Of a stretch of DNA of 64,000 nt, positions 1-13,243 are shown one piece after another. Within the stretch, counting starts at the first letter, position 1. Each line of letters begins with the position of its first letter. The stretch lies in assembly GCA_020632555.1 (NCBI GenBank), contig JACKFI010000009.1, positions 1,966-65,965 on the forward strand, in the 5' to 3' direction. This DNA comes from Candidatus Omnitrophota bacterium. Its GTDB lineage: Bacteria > Omnitrophota > Gorgyraeia > Zapsychrales > JANLHA01. The position numbers and the translations under genes are program-made. Under the pieces are notes generated by a model that was not told the DNA's origin, did not search any database, and worked only from the letters and a program-made list of their open reading frames with translations.

Positions 1-968
1 TTAATCACCGCCAAAGACAATCCTTCACCAACACCCACAGCAATAACCGGCAAAATATTATAAATATTATGCAAACCGATCAGCGACGTCTCAACTTCCA
101 CATTACCAATGGGCGTCACTACTTTAAATCGACTGCCTCTAAACCTCAAATGAATATCTTGCGCAGAAAAATCAGCTGAATTCTTTATGCCATATGTCCA
201 GACCATTGCTGACGTCATTTTGATTAATCTCGTGCCATATTCATCATCAATATTAATAATACACCGACGATTACTTCCTAAACTTTCAAAAAGCACTGCT
301 TTAGCACAAAAATAATTCTCTCGATTCTGATGATAATCTAAATGGTCACTTGTCAAATTGGTAAATATTGCATAACGAAAATCAAACCCTTTAACCCGTC
401 TCTGGACTAAAGCATGGGAAGAAACTTCCATTGCACAATAAGCCACTTGATGTGTAGCCATTTCTGATATCAACGCAAAGTTCTCAACCAATCCCGGCGT
501 CGTATTGCCCGCTTTAAAAGTTTTTTCCCCATAACGATGATGAATTGTTCCAATCACTCCACATGACAAGCCAGCAGCAACCAACATCTTTTCCAAAAGA
601 TATGTTATCGTCGTTTTACCATTGGTTCCCGTTACCCCAATCAATCGCACTTGATTTGACGGATCATGATAGAAATTTTTTAAAACTTGCGCTAGAAATT
701 TTTGTAAATCCTCAACTTCAATAAAACAAACATGATTTGGAATGATTCCAACATCAGCAGATTTTTGTGAAACAATAATTTGGGCACCACGAGAAATCGC
801 ATCCGCGATAAATTTTGCCCCATGGGTCTTAGCGCCTGGCAAAGCTACAAACAAACTTCCGTTTTGCACTTCTCGTGAATCAACAACCACAGAAACAATA
901 TCCCGATTCCCGATATCCTGGGCAACATCAACAATAACTGTTTGGTCAATCAATTCTTTAAACTTCAT
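1..968 (-). CDS. murE: UDP-N-acetylmuramoyl-tripeptide synthetase MurE, N-terminal part (runs off the window start)
   Basis: Absent from the ORF track because it is truncated. Manual reverse translation from the ATG at 966-968 gives MKFKELIDQ...RLIGVTGTNGKTTITY (Mur ligase P-loop). It sits directly downstream of ftsI, as in dcw clusters. Confidence 0.85.
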   Translation of the reverse strand, partial: MKFKELIDQTVIVDVAQDIGNRDIVSVVVDSREVQNGSLFVALPGAKTHGAKFIADAISRGAQIIVSQKSADVGIIPNHVCFIEVEDLQKFLAQVLKNFYHDPSNQVRLIGVTGTNGKTTITYLLEKMLVAAGLSCGVIGTIHHRYGEKTFKAGNTTPGLVENFALISEMATHQVAYCAMEVSSHALVQRRVKGFDFRYAIFTNLTSDHLDYHQNRENYFCAKAVLFESLGSNRRCIINIDDEYGTRLIKMTSAMVWTYGIKNSADFSAQDIHLRFRGSRFKVVTPIGNVEVETSLIGLHNIYNILPVIAVGVGEGLSLAVI

Positions 969-982
969 TACAAAACTATCCG

Positions 983-2668
983 TTAAGGTTTAAGCAATTG
1001 CGAATCAAGATAATTTAAACTATCAGCGACAATATCACGAAAAACCGGCGCAGCCACCGTTCCCCCAAAATGGTCAGGATGCGGGTCATCAAACATTACT
1101 ATGACACTCAACTGAGGATGTTCAACCGGCGCAAAGCCAATAAATGATGCGAAGAATTTATTGCTTGAATACCGCCCGTTCTCAACTTTTTGTGCAGTTC
1201 CCGTCTTTCCAGCGACGGAAAATCCTGAAATTTGGGCTCTCTTTGCAGTTCCACGCTCAACAACACCCTTCAAAATTGTTTTCAAACGTAAAGCTGTCTG
1301 TACACTCATTACCCGGGAAACTGCTTGCGGTTCAACAGCCTCAATCAATTCATCATTATTATCTTTTACATATTTAACGATATGAGGCTTCATATAAACA
1401 CCATCATTAGCAATAGCAGAAATCGCAGCAACCAATTGCAGCGGCGTCACTGTCACTTCTTGTCCAATCGGCAAAGCGCTGATCGATGTTTTTGACCACT
1501 GCGACGGTTTTTTTACCCAGCCATTAACTTCTCCCAATAAATCTATGTTGGTATTTTCACCAAAACGAAACAACTTGGCATATTTATACCATAGTGCTGG
1601 CCCCATCTTTTGCGCAATCTTAGTCGTCCCGATATTGCTGGATTGTTCAATCACCTCACTAAAGGTCAACCAACCTTTCCCATGATGATCGTGCAAAATA
1701 TGTCCTCCAACCTTGTAACTTCCATTTTCACAAAATATCTTATCCTCTTCCTGAAACAATCCCTCTTCCAAAGCCGCCGCCGCAGCGACAATTTTGAAAA
1801 CAGACCCAGGCTCATAAACCAAGGCAATGGCACGATTTACACGATTCTCTACCCCAAAACCACTGATATTTGTTAAATCATACGTCGGCCGATTAGCCAT
1901 AGCGAGAATTTCACCCGTCTTAGGATCCATAACAATCACCGTTGCGGCAATCGCATTGCTTTTCGTAAAAGCTTTATCTAAAGCACGTTCAACAATATAC
2001 TGAATCGTTTCATCAATTGTTAAAACCAGATTAAACCCATCCTTTGGCGGAAGAAAGTTTTTCTCAATCAAAAGCTCTCTCTGTTTGGCATCACGAAGAA
2101 TTTGCGAATACCCTGGCTCTCCATGCAAATACTTCTCAAATTTTAATTCCAAACCCTCTAACCCCTTATTATCCATCCCCGCAAAACCAATCACATGAGC
2201 TGCCAAAGACTGATTTGGATAATATCTCTTGCTGTCCTTGCTTAACCCAATTCCTTTAATCTTGGCATGACGAATTCTTTCAGAAATTTCAAAAGGGACT
2301 TTTCGTTCTAACCAAACAAAATATTTATCCCGCTCAAGTTTCTCCCGCAATTCATTACCATTAACTTTAAGAATTGCTGCTAATTGACGAGCTGCGTTAT
2401 CTTTCTCAACAGGCTTCATCCGTCGAGGATTTGCATAAATAGAATAAACTGCAACATTAACGGCCAACGGACGTAAAAAACGATCGTATATCGTTCCTCT
2501 CACTGGCTCAATGGGCAAAGAATAATTCTGTTGCTTCTTAGCCAAAGCAGATAGATGCTCCGAACGAAAAAACTGAATCATGACTAATTGAAATGAAAAA
2601 TAAAAAAGGCCGGCAAAAAGTAAAACAAAGATGAGAACAAATCGCAAAGAGCGCTTTTGAATATACAC
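983..2668 (-). CDS. ftsI: Class B penicillin-binding protein / peptidoglycan D,D-transpeptidase FtsI
   Basis: 561 aa with an N-terminal TM anchor and the transpeptidase motifs SVFK, SSN and KTGTA. GTG start. Position matches the dcw cluster. Confidence 0.9.
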   Translation of the reverse strand: MYIQKRSLRFVLIFVLLFAGLFYFSFQLVMIQFFRSEHLSALAKKQQNYSLPIEPVRGTIYDRFLRPLAVNVAVYSIYANPRRMKPVEKDNAARQLAAILKVNGNELREKLERDKYFVWLERKVPFEISERIRHAKIKGIGLSKDSKRYYPNQSLAAHVIGFAGMDNKGLEGLELKFEKYLHGEPGYSQILRDAKQRELLIEKNFLPPKDGFNLVLTIDETIQYIVERALDKAFTKSNAIAATVIVMDPKTGEILAMANRPTYDLTNISGFGVENRVNRAIALVYEPGSVFKIVAAAAALEEGLFQEEDKIFCENGSYKVGGHILHDHHGKGWLTFSEVIEQSSNIGTTKIAQKMGPALWYKYAKLFRFGENTNIDLLGEVNGWVKKPSQWSKTSISALPIGQEVTVTPLQLVAAISAIANDGVYMKPHIVKYVKDNNDELIEAVEPQAVSRVMSVQTALRLKTILKGVVERGTAKRAQISGFSVAGKTGTAQKVENGRYSSNKFFASFIGFAPVEHPQLSVIVMFDDPHPDHFGGTVAAPVFRDIVADSLNYLDSQLLKP

Positions 2669-2757
2669 TTCACAGACTCAATTGTTATTGGTAATCAATT
2701 ACGCGAATTAAACTTCTTAGATTTTCGACCTGACGATATCATCAGCCAAGGACCATT

Positions 2758-3171
2758 TTAACGAGCTCTGCGCCACGGCTTTAATAGATCTTGCTTCTCC
2801 TCGGCGCGAGCTTCCGTTGGCGCCTTAAAAAAGAAATTCAAAAAAGCATTCTTTTTGTGAGGCGTCATTTTTACGGCTGCCAATTCCGAAGCGGAGAAAG
2901 ATTCTTTACTAACCAATTCAACAACCGCAGCATTATCTTGAAACTGCAATGTCGAGTTTTCACTAAGCAAATTGCCGCCCAAATGGTTCGCGGATTTTAA
3001 TTGTAGAATTTTATAAGCGACCGCGCCCATGCTTTCATTCAATTCAATGATTTGCTTTTCTTTGCGCTTGCCTTCATAAGCCAAACTAACTATTTCCATT
3101 TGCATAAAAACATAAATAAGCGCCAAACCCGTCAAAACAAACATTACGCGAATTGATTTCATAAGTTTCAT
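2758..3171 (-). CDS. Small bitopic membrane protein, FtsL-like by position
   Basis: 137 aa with one N-terminal TM helix followed by a coiled-coil-like segment. It lies between rsmH and ftsI, where ftsL normally sits. No sequence motif confirms the call. Confidence 0.5.
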   Translation of the reverse strand: MKLMKSIRVMFVLTGLALIYVFMQMEIVSLAYEGKRKEKQIIELNESMGAVAYKILQLKSANHLGGNLLSENSTLQFQDNAAVVELVSKESFSASELAAVKMTPHKKNAFLNFFFKAPTEARAEEKQDLLKPWRRAR

Positions 3172-3240
3172 TTCATCCTCACAAATTTCTTAGTTTATTT
3201 AAAAGAGCAGCCGACCCTTGCGGCCGCCAGCGCACACACG

Positions 3241-4173
3241 TCACAAACGTTCAGCGACCCGTAAACGCGCACTACGACTACGCGGGTTAACCTGCTCTTC
3301 CTGCGAACTAACTAATAAAGGTTTTTTAGAAACAAGATTAATCTCACCTGACTCGGCAAAGGAACGGAACTTATTCTTAACAATCCTATCTTCCAACGAA
3401 TGAAAAGAAATCACACAAATACGACCCTGCGGCTTAACGTAGGGGACAATTCTTTCCAAAGCAATATCCAGCGATTCTAACTCCCGATTCACTGCAATGC
3501 GAAACGCTTGAAAAGTCCGCGTCGCCGGATGAATTTTTTGCCATTTCTGACCTGAGGGAATCGCTTTTAGGACTATATCTGATAAATCCTTCGTTGTTTC
3601 TATCGGACGAAGGGAACGTTCCTGAACCAATCGACGAGCAATGCGGTTATGCCACCTCTCTTGCCCATAATCTTTCAAAATCAAAGACAGCTCTTTTTCC
3701 GATAAAGAATTAATCAAGTCATACGCGGAAAACCAGCTGTCCTGATCCATTCGCATATCCAACGGACCATTGGCCTTTATACTAAATCCCCGCTGCTCAT
3801 TGTCAAGTTGAAAACTTGAAATCCCCAAGTCCAGAACAACACCATCCACACTTTTAATCTGTAACCCGTCGAGAATACGATCAATATTACGAAAATCATC
3901 TTGGACAAAAACAATACGATCAGCCACAGGCTCCAAGTTTTTCTTCGCTGTTTCTAAAGATTGCCGATCCCGGTCAATCGCAATAATCTTTCCCGTCGGG
4001 CCAACTTGTTGAGCCAAAAGACGTGTATGTCCTCCCATTCCTAAAGTGCCGTCTACGCAACAACCACCTACCGGCAAACGCAAATATTCAGCAATTTCTT
4101 GATGCATAACCGGAATATGTGAATACTGTTCATCCATATTTTTTTCAAATTCTTTCCAATCAAAATGTACCAT
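3241..4173 (-). CDS. rsmH: 16S rRNA (cytosine1402-N4)-methyltransferase RsmH
   Basis: 310 aa with the DGTLGMGGHT SAM-binding motif. Follows mraZ. Confidence 0.92.
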   Translation of the reverse strand: MVHFDWKEFEKNMDEQYSHIPVMHQEIAEYLRLPVGGCCVDGTLGMGGHTRLLAQQVGPTGKIIAIDRDRQSLETAKKNLEPVADRIVFVQDDFRNIDRILDGLQIKSVDGVVLDLGISSFQLDNEQRGFSIKANGPLDMRMDQDSWFSAYDLINSLSEKELSLILKDYGQERWHNRIARRLVQERSLRPIETTKDLSDIVLKAIPSGQKWQKIHPATRTFQAFRIAVNRELESLDIALERIVPYVKPQGRICVISFHSLEDRIVKNKFRSFAESGEINLVSKKPLLVSSQEEQVNPRSRSARLRVAERL

Positions 4174-4196
4174 AGGTTCCCGCTTTCATCCTTTAC

Positions 4197-4634
4197 TTAC
4201 GTCCCCATCATATTCTCAGCAATTTGCTCAAACGTTTCACTAGACGAGGCATAAAATGCCTGCCAGCTTTTCGTATCCCAAATTTCAATGCGATTAGAAA
4301 TCCCAATCACAATGGCATCCTTTTTAATATTGGCGTAATCTTTTAAATATTGCGGAATAATAAACCGACCTTGCTTATCAGGCGTCACATGAATAGCTCC
4401 TGAGAAAAACAACCGGTTAAAACTCCGAGACTCTTGTTTTGTGAATGACAAATTCTTAAACTTTTGTTCTTGCAGCCGCCATTCTTCCTCGGTAAACATA
4501 AACAGACACTTATCCAGACCACGCGTAATAAAGAACTTTTCTATACCGGAATCTTTACAGATTTCCCGAAAACGTGCTGGTAAAATCAGCCGTCCTTTGC
4601 GATCAATGCCATGATTATATTCACCGTAAAACAT
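4197..4634 (-). CDS. mraZ: Transcriptional regulator MraZ
   Basis: 145 aa with the duplicated MraZ motif (DRKGRLILP and DKQGRFIIP). First gene of the dcw cluster. Confidence 0.92.
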   Translation of the reverse strand: MFYGEYNHGIDRKGRLILPARFREICKDSGIEKFFITRGLDKCLFMFTEEEWRLQEQKFKNLSFTKQESRSFNRLFFSGAIHVTPDKQGRFIIPQYLKDYANIKKDAIVIGISNRIEIWDTKSWQAFYASSSETFEQIAENMMGT

Positions 4635-4663
4635 TGCAATCCTTGGTCAAATATATTTGTTCT

Positions 4664-4688
4664 CCACTACAAACCACTTTGCTCCACT
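4664..4688 (-). promoter_or_regulatory. Candidate MraZ operator: three AGTGG direct repeats at an exact 10-bp period
   Basis: Plus-strand CCACT occurs at 4664-4668, 4674-4678 and 4684-4688. The array lies 30-55 nt upstream of the mraZ ATG. Confidence 0.6.
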
Positions 4689-4877
4689 ACATGCAACATT
4701 CTAGTTAGAGCACCCCACCTTGTCAACAGGAAATTTCAGCTATTTTGCGTCCCTACAACAGGTTGTAGCAATAACAAACGCAAGAACAATCTATAGGTTG
4801 CAAATTGACAAAAAATATCCACCCTGTCTTTTAAAAAAGACAATTTATTTATTATTTTTTGGGAATCTTAGGAAGTT

Positions 4878-5813
4878 TTAGATTTTATTGCGGGCAAACC
4901 ATGCACGAGAAAAAATTTCGTCCTTCTTTAAACGCGCGACAAGGTCCAAAGTCGACGAGAAATAAAGCTCATTACGAATTTTGTGTAAAAACTCAACAAT
5001 GATTTCAGCGCCGTAAAGTTTTTCTTTAAAATCAAAAATATGAATTTCAATATTTAAACGATCTGTTTTATGAAATGATGGCCGCACACCAATATTAGCC
5101 ATCCCATGAAAAGTTCGCAAACCTTTTCGAACACGCACACAATATACGCCTTGCGGCGGCAAAATTTCACCAGCAGGAATAATATTTGCTGTCGGATAAC
5201 CCAATGTTCGTCCCCGCTGGTCTCCTTTAACAACACGTCCAAGCAAAGAAACAGGGCGTCCAAGAATCGCCGCTGCTTTTTTCAAATGACCAACAGCAAT
5301 CCAATCACGAGCCGCTGTGCTACTAAATCTCTTATGCCCTTGGCTTTGAGTCTTAAGACTAACGACTTTAAAACCATTGTTTTCTCCGACATTTTTAAAA
5401 ACAGCAATAGTTCCCGCGCGATTCTGCCCAAAACGGAAATCATCACCCACAATTACTTCCCGAGGAGAAAAAGGCCTTAAAAGATATTGCGAAATAAATT
5501 GTTCAGGAGCTAATGAAGAAAATTTTTTTGTAAAACGAACAACAAGCGTCCCATCCACCCCCAAAGACGCAATAAGTTTCAAACGAAAATCCAGCGACGC
5601 TAACAAAGGCAAATGATTTTCAGGGCGAAGGACATGCACCGGATGAGGGTTAAACGTCATTACAATCGCTGTACCCCCCAGCGCTTTAGCTCGGGCAACA
5701 GCCTTATGAATCAACAATTGATGACCTAAATGCACACCATCAAAAACTCCAATAGCAACGACCGCATTGGGAAACTTCCCTACAACCGTTTGAATTCCAT
5801 AAAAAATCTTCAT
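4878..5813 (-). CDS. ribF: Bifunctional riboflavin kinase / FMN adenylyltransferase
   Basis: 311 aa with the GVFDGVHLGHQ nucleotidyltransferase motif and a C-terminal riboflavin kinase domain. truB-ribF synteny. Confidence 0.9.
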   Translation of the reverse strand: MKIFYGIQTVVGKFPNAVVAIGVFDGVHLGHQLLIHKAVARAKALGGTAIVMTFNPHPVHVLRPENHLPLLASLDFRLKLIASLGVDGTLVVRFTKKFSSLAPEQFISQYLLRPFSPREVIVGDDFRFGQNRAGTIAVFKNVGENNGFKVVSLKTQSQGHKRFSSTAARDWIAVGHLKKAAAILGRPVSLLGRVVKGDQRGRTLGYPTANIIPAGEILPPQGVYCVRVRKGLRTFHGMANIGVRPSFHKTDRLNIEIHIFDFKEKLYGAEIIVEFLHKIRNELYFSSTLDLVARLKKDEIFSRAWFARNKI

Positions 5814-5855
5814 AAACCTGGCAATTTTTCAAATATTCAGTAAAACAAAAATCTC

Positions 5856-6563
5856 TTAACCTGTCCAATTTAAGATATGCTTCTCATTTAAATCCTGCAA
5901 GTCAACCGCTTGATCAATCGCAAAAGGACCAACTTTGGTACGCTGAATTTGTGCAATACAAGCCACCGTTGCTAACTTCTCAGCAATATCTTCCGCCAAC
6001 TGACGGACATAAGTTCCTTTGGAACATTCCAGATAAAACTTCACTTTGGGCATATCAAAATCCAGCAATTCCAACTTATCAATTCGAATCTTTCGCGGTT
6101 CACGCGTCACCTCAATACCTTTACGAGCCAACTCATACAATCGTTTGCCATTGATTTTTACCGCAGAAACCATCGGCGGAATTTGTTCAATATTTCCTAC
6201 AAACTCTTTTAAACTATTCTCAATTTGCTGTTTGGTCAAATGTTCAAAGGGCAGCTCTTGAATAATTTTACCTTGAATGTCAGCCGTTGTTGTCTTTTGA
6301 CCAAAAATCATTGTGGCCTTATAGGCCTTATCAAAAGCTTCAAACTTCTCAAAAAGCTTTGTTGACTTCCCCAATAAAATCACCAACACGCCCGTAGCTA
6401 AAGGATCCAATGTCCCCGAATGCCCAACACGTTTCATCTTAAATATTCTTCGAACACGCGCAACAACATCGTGGGAAGTCATCCCAGAGGGCTTGTCTAA
6501 AACAACAATCCCCTTCAATTCATTTTCTTTGCGGATATTTATTTTCGGTTCAGGTATCATCAT
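5856..6563 (-). CDS. truB: tRNA pseudouridine(55) synthase TruB
   Basis: 235 aa with the GHSGTLDPLATGVL catalytic-Asp motif. Confidence 0.9.
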   Translation of the reverse strand: MMIPEPKINIRKENELKGIVVLDKPSGMTSHDVVARVRRIFKMKRVGHSGTLDPLATGVLVILLGKSTKLFEKFEAFDKAYKATMIFGQKTTTADIQGKIIQELPFEHLTKQQIENSLKEFVGNIEQIPPMVSAVKINGKRLYELARKGIEVTREPRKIRIDKLELLDFDMPKVKFYLECSKGTYVRQLAEDIAEKLATVACIAQIQRTKVGPFAIDQAVDLQDLNEKHILNWTG

Positions 6564-7531
6564 ATTTTTTTCTTAAAAACTTTCTTTAACTGGGCAAGAA
6601 TCATTTCGCTCGCTCGACAGATATCCCCTGAGACAATACACCCACTGGCACGGCTATGTCCGCCGCCATTAAAAAAAGCAGCTAACTGCGCCACATCAAC
6701 CTCGTGTTGCGAACGAAAATTAACTCGCGTTTTATTTTTTCCATGTTCTGTTAAGATGCCAATAACCTCTACACCTTTAATTGCGCGCAAATAACTAAAA
6801 ATCTTATCCCGCAAATCAAATTCCTTGGAGAACTTTTTCAACATACTCCGGCGCAATTCAACCATAAGCACCTGATGATCAAAATACGAACGAAACCCAC
6901 CAACCACTTTCGTGAAATATTGCAAATCCTCCAACGGCACACTTTCATAAAGCTGTTGATAAAACGAATTGACCGGCAACTTAAAATGTAAAAGCTGACT
7001 AACCACCTCATGCGTACGGCTGGTTGTATTTTCGAACCGAAAAGAGCCGGTATCTGTCATGATGCCTAAATACAATAATGTCGCAATTTTTTTATCAATC
7101 TTGAATCTCGCAAACTCAAACATTTCAAAAATAATTTCAGCTGTTGAAGAAGCTTTAGGAACAACATGATTAATTGTCCCAAAATAATGATTAGTGATGT
7201 GATGGTCAATATTGATAATCGGTTTTTGAGGATCAATGATTTTTTCAACATCTCCCACCCGCTCAAGATCACCACAATCAACAACAATCACAGCATCATA
7301 ATCGATCTTCTTTAACGGATTCACTTTCTTTATCATACTCGCCCCCGGCAAAAAAGCATACCGCGGCAAAAGATCATCCTCCCCAAAAACCATAACTTTT
7401 TTACCGCAAGCTTTCAAATACATCGCCACCGCTAACTGTGAAGACAAAGCATCTGGATCTGGATTCACATGCGTCGCGACAATAAAAACTCGATGCCTGC
7501 TAAAACTTTCGAGAATCTTTGAAAAATTCAT
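6560..7531 (-). CDS. nrnA: DHH/DHHA1 phosphoesterase (NrnA-like oligoribonuclease / pAp phosphatase)
   Basis: 323 aa with the DPD..S, DHH (NIDHH) and GGGH motifs. rbfA-nrnA-truB synteny. Confidence 0.8.
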   Translation of the reverse strand: MNFSKILESFSRHRVFIVATHVNPDPDALSSQLAVAMYLKACGKKVMVFGEDDLLPRYAFLPGASMIKKVNPLKKIDYDAVIVVDCGDLERVGDVEKIIDPQKPIINIDHHITNHYFGTINHVVPKASSTAEIIFEMFEFARFKIDKKIATLLYLGIMTDTGSFRFENTTSRTHEVVSQLLHFKLPVNSFYQQLYESVPLEDLQYFTKVVGGFRSYFDHQVLMVELRRSMLKKFSKEFDLRDKIFSYLRAIKGVEVIGILTEHGKNKTRVNFRSQHEVDVAQLAAFFNGGGHSRASGCIVSGDICRASEMILAQLKKVFKKKI

Positions 7532-7545
7532 TGCCTCTCCTTAAA

Positions 7546-7899
7546 TTACTCAACATTTTCGCCTGCCTCACGACGTTTAATATTTTCCAGTGTTTGTTCT
7601 ATCCGATCACTATACTCAATCGATTTGTCATAGTAAAACTGAATATCCGGCGTATACCGCATAATAACTCTTTGTCCTACCAAAAGCCGAACAAATCCTC
7701 TTGCTTTTTCAAGCGCTTCACTAACCCCGTCCCGATCACTGCCCAAATAGCTGTAAAAAACTTTGGCATGTTGAAGATCTTTGCTGACCTCAACTCCTGT
7801 GACCGTTACAAACTTCAAGCGCGGATCGCGAATCTCCGTCAGAAGAATAACACCAATTTCCCGTTTGATCATTTCATTGATTCTTTTAGTCCGATCCAT
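7546..7899 (-). CDS. rbfA: Ribosome-binding factor A
   Basis: 117 aa with a typical RbfA sequence (RINEMIKREI...VTVTGVEVSKDL). Confidence 0.88.
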   Translation of the reverse strand: MDRTKRINEMIKREIGVILLTEIRDPRLKFVTVTGVEVSKDLQHAKVFYSYLGSDRDGVSEALEKARGFVRLLVGQRVIMRYTPDIQFYYDKSIEYSDRIEQTLENIKRREAGENVE

Positions 7900-7924
7900 A
7901 AATCAACTCCTTAATTATTAAAAC

Positions 7925-9190
7925 TCATCCCACGCTTAAAAAATGCAAACTCTTGGCCAAAACCATTTCATCTTGATGAGTTTCAACCTTGCCATCAATT
8001 TTATTTAATAACACAACATGCAAAACCGCACCCAGTTCGCGCCCCGGCTTAAAACCCAAACCTTTCAAATCTTTACCTGTAATCTGAAGATCAACCAAAC
8101 GCGATTTTTTTAAAAACTGATCAATGCGACGAGCAATCATACTAACCGAAGTTGTTAAACGAATAAAGTAAATTATTTCCAGATCAACTGGGTCCAAGAC
8201 CTCATAAACCGCGCTGGGAGACATTCTTGGTATAATCAGTTGATTGCAAATCCTAGGGATTTCAACCATGCCCGACAAACGTAAAATCTCTAAACGTGTA
8301 AAGTGAAAAGTTTTTGCGCACTGTTTTATTCTCTGCCCATCCAACTGGGCCCAAAAAGCTAAAAAATAAACTCCTGACCAATCTTTTGCAAAGAAAAAAG
8401 GATCTTTTCTTAATCTCAAAACACCTTTGGCTATGCGCGCCAAGGATTTCCAATCAGGTTGAAAATCAGGCGCAATAAAGCCTAATCCTTGCCAATTAGC
8501 TAATTGTCTAAGGCATACACCCGGATTTTTCTCAAAAAACAATTTGCGAAATTCAGCGTAGTATCTCGGCGCTTTCACCGTCATTGGCGCTTGCCCAATA
8601 ATCGCAGCCTTTAGCAAACGCAAAGTCTTTGTTTCCACCTTAAAACCAAATCGCGCCGCAAATCGCGCCGCCCTCAGAATTCGCGTTGGATCATCAACAA
8701 AGCTTTGTTTATGCAGAACACGAATCTTTCGATTTTTTAAATCATCATATCCACCATAAAAATCCTGCAGGCGCCCCCAAGTCTGAGGATTTAAAGCAAC
8801 AGCCAAAGCATTAATCGTAAAATCTCGACGGAATAAATCATTCTCCAACAATCCCGATTTAACAATCGGCAAAGATCCTGGTTGAGGATAATGTTCACTG
8901 CGCGCCGTCGAAAAATCCATAACAATGCCATTGACAAATTCAAGAGTTGCTGTTCCAAACTGTTCATAAACCGTCAAACGAGAGTTGTTTTTGTTAGCCA
9001 ACGTTTTAGCTAATTTTATAGCACATCCCTCAACAACAATATCCCAATCAGAACTTGTTTTATTCAAAAGCAAATCACGCACCACGCCGCCAACCAGATA
9101 AGCCCGAAACCCTAAGCATTGCGCCTGCACTCCAACAGTCTTTAAATCAATATAAATTTTCTTATTCAATCTCGATAAATTAACTTTCAT
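7925..9190 (-). CDS. cca: tRNA nucleotidyltransferase / poly(A) polymerase family (CCA-adding enzyme-like)
   Basis: 421 aa with the GGVVRDLLL and RDFTINAL motifs of class II nucleotidyltransferases. Confidence 0.75.
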   Translation of the reverse strand: MKVNLSRLNKKIYIDLKTVGVQAQCLGFRAYLVGGVVRDLLLNKTSSDWDIVVEGCAIKLAKTLANKNNSRLTVYEQFGTATLEFVNGIVMDFSTARSEHYPQPGSLPIVKSGLLENDLFRRDFTINALAVALNPQTWGRLQDFYGGYDDLKNRKIRVLHKQSFVDDPTRILRAARFAARFGFKVETKTLRLLKAAIIGQAPMTVKAPRYYAEFRKLFFEKNPGVCLRQLANWQGLGFIAPDFQPDWKSLARIAKGVLRLRKDPFFFAKDWSGVYFLAFWAQLDGQRIKQCAKTFHFTRLEILRLSGMVEIPRICNQLIIPRMSPSAVYEVLDPVDLEIIYFIRLTTSVSMIARRIDQFLKKSRLVDLQITGKDLKGLGFKPGRELGAVLHVVLLNKIDGKVETHQDEMVLAKSLHFLSVG

Positions 9191-9194
9191 AAAT

Positions 9195-10082
9195 TTATCC
9201 GCGCGGATGAAATTGTTTATGAACTGTTTTTAACCGGTCGCAATCCACATGCGTGTAAATTTGTGTTGTGGATATATCTGAATGGCCCAGCATTTCTTGG
9301 ACAGAACGCAAGTCAGCACCGTGCTGCAAAAGATGCGTCGCAAACGTATGTCGCAATGTGTGAGGCTTAATGACTTTTTGAATATTTGCTTTCTTGGCAC
9401 AATGCTTAATTAACTTCCAAATCCCTTGTCGCGTCATTTTTGTTCCCAAACGGCTTAAAAATAAATCCGACGATAATTTAGTTTTAAGAAATTTTGGCCG
9501 CACACTCTCACAATATTTCTTAATAGCTACCCGCGAACGCTGACCAATCGGTATTACGCGCTCTTTGCGTCCTTTCCCCAAACACCGAACATACCCAACA
9601 TCAAAATTGATATTTTCCACTTTCAAACCGCTTAACTCAGAAACTCGCATCCCGCTGGCGTAGAACAATTCCAAAATCGCTTGATCCCGAATTTGCTGCG
9701 GTTTTCGACCAATCGTTGCGCGAATCATCGCGTCAATCTCCTCCTGCGACAAAACATCCGGAACACGTTTCCACAATTTTGGCGTTTCAACAAGATTTGT
9801 CGGATCCAGAGGCGCCAAATGTTCCCGAACCAAGAACCGATGAAACATTTTAATCGCCGCTAAACTCCGACAAATGGAACGTGTTGACAAACCCGCATCT
9901 TTCTGAAAATAAATAAAATCCGTAATATGTTCCCGCTGAACTTGTTTTACCTCAACAATCTTCTTGTCCAATAAATGTTTTGAATATTTCTCTAAATCAC
10001 GACGATATGCTACCAGAGTATTCTCAGCTAATCCACGCTCAACCGACATATAATCAATAAAATTATCAATAAGATCTTTCAT
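9195..10082 (-). CDS. xerD: Tyrosine site-specific recombinase XerD
   Basis: 295 aa with ERGLAENTLVAYRRDL at the N-terminus and the R..HxxR..Y catalytic set (LRHTFATHLL, IYTHV). Housekeeping context. Confidence 0.8.
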   Translation of the reverse strand: MKDLIDNFIDYMSVERGLAENTLVAYRRDLEKYSKHLLDKKIVEVKQVQREHITDFIYFQKDAGLSTRSICRSLAAIKMFHRFLVREHLAPLDPTNLVETPKLWKRVPDVLSQEEIDAMIRATIGRKPQQIRDQAILELFYASGMRVSELSGLKVENINFDVGYVRCLGKGRKERVIPIGQRSRVAIKKYCESVRPKFLKTKLSSDLFLSRLGTKMTRQGIWKLIKHCAKKANIQKVIKPHTLRHTFATHLLQHGADLRSVQEMLGHSDISTTQIYTHVDCDRLKTVHKQFHPRG

Positions 10083-10097
10083 AAATTTCTCATAAAA

Positions 10098-12887
<2,790 letters not shown>

Positions 12888-12889
12888 TG

Positions 12890-13243
12890 CTAAAAAAACC
12901 GTAAAGCAAAGGGATACCGAAATAATAAACCTTGTTTTGCTTTAATCGCAGCGGTAATAACCAAAATCAGATCGGCTAACAAAATACCAATAATCAAAAA
13001 GAATCCAATGATAAAAAAACACAACCATCCCGCAATCAATAAAGCGATAAGTACTGTAATTTGAAAACTAGCAGATTCCTTCGCATTCTGCTCCACAAAG
13101 GAAGATTCCTCCTTTTTAATCAGCCACACTAAAAGCGGACCAAGAATAGCAACCAAAGGAATCGGCACCAAACCTAAAAGATGCGACAACATCGCCCAAT
13201 TGCGCTCAATTTCGGCATTTGGCTGAATACTTACTTCTGTCAT
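12890..13243 (-). CDS. DUF4870-like small membrane protein
   Basis: The track ORF extends to 13372, but its N-terminus (MRSWVQIPPSRP) is translated tRNA. I place the start at the ATG at 13241-13243, which has a GAAAGGAG RBS. The sequence [10 protein letters not shown]...[11 protein letters not shown] resembles DUF4870 proteins. Confidence 0.7.
   Translation of the reverse strand: MTEVSIQPNAEIERNWAMLSHLLGLVPIPLVAILGPLLVWLIKKEESSFVEQNAKESASFQITVLIALLIAGWLCFFIIGFFLIIGILLADLILVITAAIKAKQGLLFRYPFALRFF

Noticed and set aside
4823-4843. AT-rich palindrome TGTCTTTT-AA-AAAAGACA as the ribF terminator
   Set aside because: The stem is almost all A-T and there is no U-tract on the minus strand. It is too weak to call, though it may contribute to termination or be a protein-binding site.
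9195-10082. Tyrosine recombinase as a marker of an integrated mobile element
   Set aside because: The XerD-type N-terminus (AYRRDL) and the housekeeping neighbours (cca, ligA) argue against it. No att-like repeats, phage genes or transposases flank it.
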